Of a DNA stretch of 64,000 nucleotides, positions 29,480 to 38,300 are shown piece by piece. A program made the position numbers and the translations under genes. The notes beneath the pieces were generated by a model. That model worked only from the letters and a program-made list of their open reading frames with translations. It was not told the origin of the DNA and did not search any database. This stretch comes from Myxococcota bacterium (GTDB lineage: Bacteria; Myxococcota_A; SURF-8). Within the stretch, counting starts at the first letter, position 1, and the number at the start of each line of letters is the position of its first letter. The stretch covers positions 2,496,001 through 2,560,000 of the forward strand of contig CAXXQS010000001.1 in the NCBI GenBank assembly GCA_963674735.2, in the 5' to 3' direction.

Positions 29480-31390
29480 ATGTCGCGTTTGACCGAATCT
29501 TTTGCCGCACGACTCGCAGCTCCGGTCGCCTGGCCGCTGCTGACCGGCCTCGTGTGCCTGCTGTCGTACATTCTGATTTCGGCCAAGGGCATCACCTGGG
29601 GCGATTCACCCGAAGTGGCCCAAGCCGTCTACGGCTTGGGGGTGATGCATCCCACCGGCTACCCGCTTTTCACCCTGGTCAACAAAGTCTTGATCAGCCT
29701 GCTGTTTTTCATCGAGGATCCGGCGCAGCGGCTCAACTACGTGGTGGGAGCCTGGGGAGCCGCAGCCGTGGTTCTGCTGGCTCTGAGCGTACAGACGCTC
29801 CTGCGACATCTCGACCGTGAACACGACGAACTGCGCCCCTGTCATCGCGGAGCCGGTGTGTTGACCGGCTTGTTGTACGGCCTCTCCTATTCGTTCATGG
29901 AACAGGCGCGCATCGCGGAAGTTTACACCTTTCATGTCTTTCTGGTGGCTTTGACTCTTTATATCTGGTTGCGCTTCGTCATCGAACACGAACGCAAGTG
30001 GGTTCTCTGGGCGGCTTTAACGATGGGACTGGGGCTGGCGCACCACCTGACCATCACCCATCTATTTCCAGCCGCACTGCTGCTTCTGCTCGTACTCGAT
30101 CGACGTTTTTTTCTCACTCGCCGTTTCCCCCTGGCCCTGTTGATCGGTGTGGCTCCGCTTCTCTTCTATCTCTATCTGCCCATTGCCGACCAAACGACGA
30201 AAGCCTTCCCCTGGGGCGGAACCAGCGAATGGGGCAACTTCCGCTACCACGTCACCGGTCAACACTACCACCACTTCCTGTTTGAGTCGGCCGCAACCTT
30301 CTGGAATCATCTGTCACGATTACCCGAACAAATCGCCACCCAGCTACAGTGGGGAGGAATGCTTTTTCTCGTACTCGGTTTCGGCATTTTGTCTCGCCGA
30401 TGCGCCCCTTATGCCGGGTTCCTGGCTTTGTATCTGGCCGCCGGACTGGCCCACGCGATGGGCTACAACGTCGGCGATTACCGCGTCTACCTGTGCGCCC
30501 CGTTCTACGTCATCAGCCTGATTGCCGGTGTCGGTCTGGGCTGGTTTCTGGGAAGCGCCCTGCCCCGCTGGTTGACTTCCAAGCGCATATTGATCGCGAC
30601 TCGGATATCCGTCTATGTCGTCGTCTTGTCGGCTATTTTCGGACAAGCCGCGGTTGACGGATATGCTTTCGCAAGCAAACCGGCCTTCGTCCCGGCCATG
30701 GCGGAACAGATGGCCAAGACGGTCCCCGCAGGCGGTCTGTTGCTCATGCCGCCGGGCACCCGCTGCTATGCCTCCTGGTATACACAGAACGTGCGCGGTA
30801 TCGGGAAAGGCTTTGCGGCCATCAACCTGGCCCGTGTCCGCAACCCCTGGTATACCGATTACCTCAAACGCAATTGGCCTTATGTGGATCTGCCCAACAT
30901 TCCCAACCAGCGTCGGGTTCTTTTAGCCGCGCTGAAAAAATACGTAGGCCGACGCCCCGTCTTTACCAAAGATCTTTTCACCCGCGATCAGCGCCTGCCG
31001 AGCAGCCTGCAGCTCGTCAACCGCGGATTCGCTTCTGAAGTTATCCCATCTGACAACGCCGCCCCCGCAGTAGTCATGATTCGTGAAAGCTATCTTACCG
31101 ACCGGATAAGTAAACAAACTTCGGGTCTACCTCGCATGACCTTCGCCTCCGACGAACGCATCTTTTTAGTGGTTAGCTGGAAAGCCAGAAAACGGCGCGT
31201 AGGCGAACTGCGCTGGATCGCTCCCGATGGTTCGGTTCAACAACGACGAAACCTGGATATCGCCAAAAACACCAGGCGCTCCTGGTTTTCTCTCACGACC
31301 AACACGCGCCATCCAGAGGGTGATTGGCGTGTTCAAATCGTCCTCGATGAAACCTTGGCCTTGGAACTGCCGTTTGTTGTGAGGGATTGA
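29480..31390 (+). CDS. DUF2723/TMEM260-like GT-C fold glycosyltransferase with a C-terminal beta-sandwich domain
   Basis: GDSPE, HPTGYPLF, QA.IAEVY, GL.HH, YLYLP motifs and multiple TM helices. Confidence 0.85.
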   Translation: MSRLTESFAARLAAPVAWPLLTGLVCLLSYILISAKGITWGDSPEVAQAVYGLGVMHPTGYPLFTLVNKVLISLLFFIEDPAQRLNYVVGAWGAAAVVLLALSVQTLLRHLDREHDELRPCHRGAGVLTGLLYGLSYSFMEQARIAEVYTFHVFLVALTLYIWLRFVIEHERKWVLWAALTMGLGLAHHLTITHLFPAALLLLLVLDRRFFLTRRFPLALLIGVAPLLFYLYLPIADQTTKAFPWGGTSEWGNFRYHVTGQHYHHFLFESAATFWNHLSRLPEQIATQLQWGGMLFLVLGFGILSRRCAPYAGFLALYLAAGLAHAMGYNVGDYRVYLCAPFYVISLIAGVGLGWFLGSALPRWLTSKRILIATRISVYVVVLSAIFGQAAVDGYAFASKPAFVPAMAEQMAKTVPAGGLLLMPPGTRCYASWYTQNVRGIGKGFAAINLARVRNPWYTDYLKRNWPYVDLPNIPNQRRVLLAALKKYVGRRPVFTKDLFTRDQRLPSSLQLVNRGFASEVIPSDNAAPAVVMIRESYLTDRISKQTSGLPRMTFASDERIFLVVSWKARKRRVGELRWIAPDGSVQQRRNLDIAKNTRRSWFSLTTNTRHPEGDWRVQIVLDETLALELPFVVRD

Positions 31391-31398
31391 GAAACGCG

Positions 31399-32805
31399 TC
31401 ACACCACCCGGATCGCCGTCCAACGCCCGCCGATGAAGCGGATGATCATCAGACAGCCAAGCAGGATGATGAAGACCAGAGCGGCGATCCATGCACCGAT
31501 GACCCCATAGCCCAGCCATTTGCCGAGAATGAAGGTAAGCGGGATAAACACCACCCAAGCGGACACCAACTGAACGATCAGGGGATAGCGCGTATCGCCC
31601 GCTCCGCGCAAAACGCCGCTGGTAGTGATGCCCAAAGCATCGAAGATCTGGAAAAAAGCGGCGATGAACAAAAGCTTGCGGCCCAACTCGATCACAGCCG
31701 GATCGACGGTGAACAGTCCCACCAGAAAACGACCGGAAAAGGCGAACACAAAGCCCACCAACGCCATAAACGCCACTCCCCAGAAAATGCTCAGACGCGC
31801 CGAGCGCTTGGCCAGCGGGATCGATTCGGCCCCCAGATACTGGCCCACCAGAGTCATCGCCGCGATGGAAACGGCCACCGTCGGCATGAAGGCGAAGTGC
31901 AGGCATTGCCACACAATGGTATGGGCCGCCAGCCCGGCCGGATCGATGGACGCGATGTAGATGGTCATCAGCGACCAGGCCAGCATTTCGACGAACCAGG
32001 CTCCGCCGATCGGCAAGCCGACTTTGAGAAAATGGCGGATCTCATCCAAACCCACCCACACCCACTGGCGCGTTCCGAAATCGGCGTTGTGCTGCGCCGA
32101 GAGATACTCGCGCAAATACATCGCCGCAGCCAAAAACATGGCCATGACTGTGGCCAAAGCAGCTCCTTTGGTTCCCATGGCGGGAATCGGACCGTAGCCG
32201 AAAACAAAGATGATATCGAGACAGATATTGAAACCATTGGCCAGAACCGTTACCAGCATGGGCGTTTTCATATCACCCAGCCCACGCAGAAAACCGCTCA
32301 AAACGAAAGTCAGCATCATAAATGGCGCGCCGAAAAACCAAACCGACATATAGCTGATCACATGCGGACGACTCGCAGAGTTGGTCTGCATCAAGTCGAC
32401 CAGTTCCGGAATGAACGGTACAATCAGCCAGACGAAGAAACTGATCGGCCAGATCAACGTCATGGCCACGATCACCGGCCGCTTGAGCGTGTCGTATTTG
32501 CCCGCCCCGTAGGCCTGCGCAACAAACGTGTTGACGGCACCCATGGTACCCGTGAACAAGCTCATCAGGCCGAAGGTGAGGTTCATGCCCAACCCGACCC
32601 CGCCTTGCTGGGCTGTGCCGACTTTGCCCATGATGACGGTATCCACCACCCCCATGATGGTGAATGAAACAAAGGCCACCATCATCGGCAAAGCGAAGCG
32701 GAAAAGCTCGCCGCTTGTGCCTGATTGTTCGGTAATGACGGTTTTCACCGCCCGCTCGACAACCGGTGACTCGTTCTCCGGGGTCTGAATTTCGCTATCG
32801 TTCAC
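31399..32805 (-). CDS. MATE family transporter
   Basis: About 12 TM helices; VDT..G..G, VAQAYGA, LRGLGDMKTP, G..GAALAT, LRGAGDTRYP; GTG start just after the upstream stop. Confidence 0.93.
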   Translation of the reverse strand: MNDSEIQTPENESPVVERAVKTVITEQSGTSGELFRFALPMMVAFVSFTIMGVVDTVIMGKVGTAQQGGVGLGMNLTFGLMSLFTGTMGAVNTFVAQAYGAGKYDTLKRPVIVAMTLIWPISFFVWLIVPFIPELVDLMQTNSASRPHVISYMSVWFFGAPFMMLTFVLSGFLRGLGDMKTPMLVTVLANGFNICLDIIFVFGYGPIPAMGTKGAALATVMAMFLAAAMYLREYLSAQHNADFGTRQWVWVGLDEIRHFLKVGLPIGGAWFVEMLAWSLMTIYIASIDPAGLAAHTIVWQCLHFAFMPTVAVSIAAMTLVGQYLGAESIPLAKRSARLSIFWGVAFMALVGFVFAFSGRFLVGLFTVDPAVIELGRKLLFIAAFFQIFDALGITTSGVLRGAGDTRYPLIVQLVSAWVVFIPLTFILGKWLGYGVIGAWIAALVFIILLGCLMIIRFIGGRWTAIRVV

Positions 32806-32807
32806 TT

Positions 32808-35168
32808 CTATTGTCCGCTTGAAATCACCCCGAGATAGCGTCCCAGCCAATACGGCAAGAGCCAGGGGGTCAACATCCGTTCCGTCGATCCACTCCCACC
32901 ATGCGTCAATCCGAAGGGATTTTCCGCCCAGCGAAAGGCCTGCTTCTGATCATACGGCAAAACGGGATAAGCTTGCAAGTCACCATGACGGTCGGGTTCG
33001 GGATCCAGCGTAACATCGATACGATGCGTATTGTCTTCCGGCCAGGTAATGCCGTGCAGATAAAATTCTTTCAACGTTTGCACCGATTCCTGAAGCTTGA
33101 AATCGTCCGGCCGACTCAGCCACGCATAGATGAAATTGAATTCCGGATTGTGCTCGGGAACTTGAAGATCCCATAGTCCGCGCAGGCCTTCTTGCCAGGC
33201 TGCCATGCGACAGGGATCGTCCTCCAAACGGATCAAGGTCGTCAAAGCCAGAAAAGCCATTTCTTCGCTATCGTGATTGATCTGGAGCGTATGAATGATC
33301 GGACCCACTCGCCGCACGAAATCCGTGTACCCTTCTTCATCTGCCAGGTAATTGAATTCGTCCAAGAATCTCTCTTCACCGGACATACGATAGGTGGCTT
33401 TCAACCCGCCGAGAATCATGGCGCTGTTGAGTCCGGCATCGCCGAGCGTTCCACCGGTTTGGATGAAGTCGGGCGAGAAAAGGCCGTGAGTGGTTGGTTT
33501 GCCGTCGATGTCTTCCAACGTATAGCCATTGGCGATCATACCGTCAAGCAAGTTGACAAAGGTGTCACGGATGAGGATCTGTTCATCCTCGTCGGCCAGA
33601 TAATCGTAATACAGCGATAAGCCGAACACATGACCGACGAATTCGTCGCTGGACGTATCGCCTTTCCAGCACCACTGCTCGTCATCGGACAGGTGCCATT
33701 CTCCCGCCGTCATCTGTTCACAACGCTCGGGTTCGACCACCGAACGAGCGAAAAAGCCCGCCTTGCCGGTGACGGTCAGCAGGCGCAGCATAGCCGCCGC
33801 CGCCTGTCGAGCCAAGTCCCGCGCTTCGCTACTCTCGGTGACCAGGTAGCGAAACACCTGGGAAGCCAAGTACATATTCGTCCACTGACCATCGTTGTCG
33901 TCATCCGATGTATACGCCGTGCTCAGATCGCCGGGCGTGGCCAAGCTGCAATGGCTGAACATGCCATAGCGGTTGTGACGCGTTGCCATGCCGTCGTCGA
34001 GAATCGCGGCTTTCGCTTCCAAGGTTCGCTGAACCGGTGTAATGACGCTGGCCCCGGTGGCCGTGGCGACAAACAGCCGACCTTCGGCCGTAACCACGGC
34101 GTCCCGAATATCCCAATCCGGCACCCAATAGCGCAAGTGGTAGTAATCCCAAACGGAATCGGCGGTTTTATACGTGATCAGACCTTTGTCCGTGGGGATG
34201 AGCAAACGCGCGTCCGACGCAACGTCCAATCCCAGCAAGTTGGCGTAAGGCAAACCTTCCGCACCACCGATCAACGTCAGGTTATCATCGGCGTAATTCA
34301 GCAGTCCGGCAGAGCTTGCCATCCATAAACCGCCAGCCGCATCACCCACAACGCCGGTCACAGCTTCGACCGGCATGTCGGCGGGGGCAAACACCGGATT
34401 GGCAGTCCCGGCGGGAAGCTCGGCCCGGTACAAACCGGCGCTGGTGGCCAACCACAAAGCGCTGTCCGTTTCCCATAAATCGTTGACGCTATAAGCCGTG
34501 TCGGCTGCGACAACGACGGTAAAGGCCGGGTTGGTTAGATCGACGTGCGAGATGGCTCCATCATTCGTCACCACCCACACTCCCTCATCGTCCGACGCTT
34601 CGATCGCGACAATCGACAGCTCACCCGCGACGGCCAGTGATTGGGGCGCGGCATCGGCGTTTCCCCAATAGAGCGACTGCGCGGTACCGGCCGCCCACTC
34701 CCCGCCATCCAAAGCGGTAATATCGATAAAAGACTCGCTGGACCATAGAGCAAGCTTCGTAACGTCACCCAGAGTCGACAACTCATAAATTCCCGTATCC
34801 GCCGCCGCCAGAACCTTGTCGTCGGTCAACACCGCCAAAGCGGCGAAAGCGGGAACACCGTCGCCTTCGATCAAAATGGCTTCCTCGTGGGCAAACGTCT
34901 CGTCCGTATACACCGTTTCCGGCTGCCAAGGTTCATCGGGTATCGGCCAGGTTTCCTCGCAAGTCGGAACGCCTTCGATATCGCCGTCCGGGCTGACATC
35001 CGAATCTCCATCCTCATCTGAATCGCCATCCGGCGACAAGTCTTCATCACCCAGAGAGTCACTATCGCCATCCACCTCTTCATCACCGCTCGATGAACAT
35101 CCGAGCGTGAGAAGGCTGATAGTCGCAACCAAAACACCGATAAACGTCCATTTAAGCCAAACCTGCAT
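32808..35168 (-). CDS. Lipoprotein: DGD linker, beta-propeller region and a predicted helical (alpha/alpha toroid-like) domain of unknown function
   Basis: Lipobox TLGC; repeated LW.AT..GL blades; DNDGQWT..YL and WKGDTSSDE motifs. Confidence 0.65.
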   Translation of the reverse strand: MQVWLKWTFIGVLVATISLLTLGCSSSGDEEVDGDSDSLGDEDLSPDGDSDEDGDSDVSPDGDIEGVPTCEETWPIPDEPWQPETVYTDETFAHEEAILIEGDGVPAFAALAVLTDDKVLAAADTGIYELSTLGDVTKLALWSSESFIDITALDGGEWAAGTAQSLYWGNADAAPQSLAVAGELSIVAIEASDDEGVWVVTNDGAISHVDLTNPAFTVVVAADTAYSVNDLWETDSALWLATSAGLYRAELPAGTANPVFAPADMPVEAVTGVVGDAAGGLWMASSAGLLNYADDNLTLIGGAEGLPYANLLGLDVASDARLLIPTDKGLITYKTADSVWDYYHLRYWVPDWDIRDAVVTAEGRLFVATATGASVITPVQRTLEAKAAILDDGMATRHNRYGMFSHCSLATPGDLSTAYTSDDDNDGQWTNMYLASQVFRYLVTESSEARDLARQAAAAMLRLLTVTGKAGFFARSVVEPERCEQMTAGEWHLSDDEQWCWKGDTSSDEFVGHVFGLSLYYDYLADEDEQILIRDTFVNLLDGMIANGYTLEDIDGKPTTHGLFSPDFIQTGGTLGDAGLNSAMILGGLKATYRMSGEERFLDEFNYLADEEGYTDFVRRVGPIIHTLQINHDSEEMAFLALTTLIRLEDDPCRMAAWQEGLRGLWDLQVPEHNPEFNFIYAWLSRPDDFKLQESVQTLKEFYLHGITWPEDNTHRIDVTLDPEPDRHGDLQAYPVLPYDQKQAFRWAENPFGLTHGGSGSTERMLTPWLLPYWLGRYLGVISSGQ

Positions 35169-35286
35169 AGCCGCCGCCCCTATTTGAGTAAATTAAACGT
35201 TTTCTAACATCGATTTCGAATGAATGCAGCATACTGCTCCAGCGTCCAATCTGCAAGTACGATGTAATCAACGACAAGCTGTTATC

Positions 35287-35315
35287 TTGACAAATACAGT
35301 ATTTAACGGGAAAAT
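35287..35315 (+). promoter_or_regulatory. Possible sigma70 promoter with an internal palindrome
   Basis: TTGACA-17 nt-GAAAAT; AAATAC-A-GTATTT palindrome at 35292-35304; AT-rich divergent intergenic region. Confidence 0.45.
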
Positions 35316-35398
35316 AGGACACTTGTTGAAAAAACAAATAATTTTGCCGTAAATTTCGTGATATCGCCCAAGTACCGTTCGGGTAAGGAGTCGACCCC

Positions 35399-38300
35399 AT
35401 GAAACCTGTAGTTCCTTCTTGGATACTGGTAATCGCTCTTCTGACATTAACCGCGCTTCTCGTCCAATGCGGCGACACTAGCGGTGTTTCCGATAACCCC
35501 GACGGCGATCTTGCCGAACAAGACACCCCGGCTTCAACAACATGCAAGTCCGACGCGGATTGCCTGGAAGGCTGGTCTTGCCACCTGGGCGTATGCATCG
35601 ACGGCCCGCCATCCTGTCAGTCTTCCGGCGATTGCGGCTTCGACGCGGATTGCCCGGCTGGGGACTACTGCGACGATACCTGCAGCTGCGTACCGATCGG
35701 TGGAGGCGACACGGACGGCGATGAAGACATGGACCTGGATTTCGAACCCTTGCCCAACGATTGCGAATCCGGAGCCCAGCTTTCAACCGAAACGGAATTG
35801 AATTTCGGCTTCGTGCAATTCGATACCGACGCTTCCAAGATTCTACACGTGGTGAATTTATGCGATGATTCTGCTCTCTCCATCACCAATATCGAAATCA
35901 TCTCCGACAGCACCGAATTCGTCTTTGTCGATCCTCCAAGCTACCCGGTGGTCCTGGCAGACAACGACGAAGTGCTGGAATTAAGAGTCCTTTATCATCC
36001 CACGGATGTAGGACCGGATGAAGGCCAGATTATCATCAGCTCAAACGATCCCGACGGCGTGACCCGCGTCGACCTAAGCTCTCAATACAAGGGCACCGTC
36101 GATATCAACGTCTCGCCCGACCCGCTCGATTTCCAAACCCTGGTGGTGGGACAGACGGAAGCGAAACGCACCCTGATCGTCGAAAATCTGCAGAATGAAA
36201 CCGAGGACAACGCCGTCCTGCGCGTCAACGCGGTATATCTGGAATCGGAATCGACCACGGTGTTCCAAATCAAAGGGCTCACCACACCATTCTGGCTGGG
36301 AAAAAGCCAACAAAAAGAAATCGAAATCGTGTGCCATCCCCCTGATGCGGGCGAATTCACCGACCGGGTCATTTTTGAAAGTAACGACCCCGACGAGGCC
36401 GAGTTAGCCGTTGATGTAACCTGCACCGGCGTCAAGCCCATTCTCGGCGTGGAAACGCTCGGGGAGGGTAATCTCCTGGACTTCGGCATCCAACGCGTCA
36501 ATTACCCCACTTCCGTCGTCCTGACGGTATCCAATGCCGGCGGCGGAACACTCACGATCGATCCCCCGTCTCTGGTGGATGGAGGATCGCCCTATTTCAG
36601 CATCGACACATCCGCCTGGGGTGAAGAAGCCGTCAACCTCGACGGCGGACAATATCGAGAGTTGCCCGTTACCTACGCCCCGGATGTCGAGGGTTCCCAT
36701 AGCGCCCAAATCCGCATCAGCCACAGCGGCCGCCGGGATGTCTTCACCATCAACCTGGCCGGTCAAGCCAAGGGCGCGGATTTACTGATCGATCCCAACC
36801 CCGTCGACTTCGGAGCGCTACGCGTCAATCAGGAACTCAGTCGGGGTTTGACTATCACCAACGAAGGAAACACCCAAGTGACTCTGGTGAGTCTTGCGCT
36901 GGAAACCCCGGATAACGCCGTGGTTTTCGCAGATGATGACATCCTGGCGGATGTCGAACTCGGTCCGGACGAATCGCACAGTGTCACCCTGACCTTCTCC
37001 CCTGAAGAACGGGGTAATTTCAACAACATGGTACATATTACCACCGATGATAGCGTTTTTCCCTCAACCGACGTTCCGGTCAACGCCGTTGGCATTGCAC
37101 CGGTGTTGCAGGTCAGTGAACCGGAAAATCCCGACTTCACCGATACGGTCGATTTCGGCGAGATCGCGATCAATCATCGTAGCGAACATACGCTTCGGGT
37201 GACCAATGCCGGTGATGCCGCCATGACCCTGACCGCCATTCAGATAACCGCCAACACCGACAGCAACGAATTCACACGTGAAAACATTGCCTTGGGAAAT
37301 GTTCCTGCCGGAGAATTCGTCGAATTCGCGGTCTATTACGACCCAGTGCTGTTCCCCGGACAAGACAACGGCAGCTTGGCAATTTCGGCCGACGATCCGG
37401 CCACGCCTCAAGTCGTCGTCAATCTGACCGGACTGGCTACCGACCGACGCTTGGCCGCCTCACCCGAAGCGCCATTGGAATTCGATGACCTGCATTTCGG
37501 CGCCAGCGACATCGAGCGAGTGACCTTGCGCAATCCGGGATTCCTCGGCGCTCTGACCGTTACGGCTGCCAGTCTCCTGGACGGCTCCTCGGGCTTTGTC
37601 TTGCTGCATCCCACTCCGGAAGAACTGCCGGTGATTCTGTATCCCAACAGCCAAAACGGCCTGCTGGTGGAATTGCGTTTCACTCCAACCGACCCGGACC
37701 CGAGCGAAGCGGAAGGCCCGGCAACCGATTTCTTCGACACCTTGCGGATTGTCAGCGATTCGTATATCGGAGAAAACTTCGACTACGCCCTTGAAGGAAC
37801 CGGCACCCCTTGCGACCCCGGCTGCTGGGATCTGGACGACAACCCGGATGTGTGTGAATACTGCAACTGCTATGTGACAAACGATGGGGTGGATATCTGC
37901 GACGACGAAGACAACGATTGCGACGGTCTCACCGACAACGGTCCCGACGTCACCAGCAACTGCACGCCACCCGATAACGCCATCCCGATGTGTCTGAGCA
38001 ACGGCATTTGCGATTTCGATTGTGAACAAAATTTCCACCGTTGCGAAGATCTCTGCGTCTTCGACCTCGATCCCGACCATTGCGGAAATGCCTGCACGCC
38101 CTGCGACGAGCCCGAAAACTCCGAGGCCGATTGCGTGCTGGAAAACGAAGTCCCCACCTGCACCTTCGACTGCATCGACGGCTATGTCTGGTACAACGAC
38201 GCCTGTCGCCAGCAAGGATCCATCGATTGCTGCGGCGAGGATTGTGTTCAGTGCGGCGGCGGTGTAACCCCACCCTACGGCAACTGGGCTTGCGAAGAAG

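Noticed and set aside
31387-32667. 426-aa ORF on the + strand
   Set aside because: Fully antisense to the MATE gene with no recognisable motifs; a typical shadow ORF in GC-rich DNA
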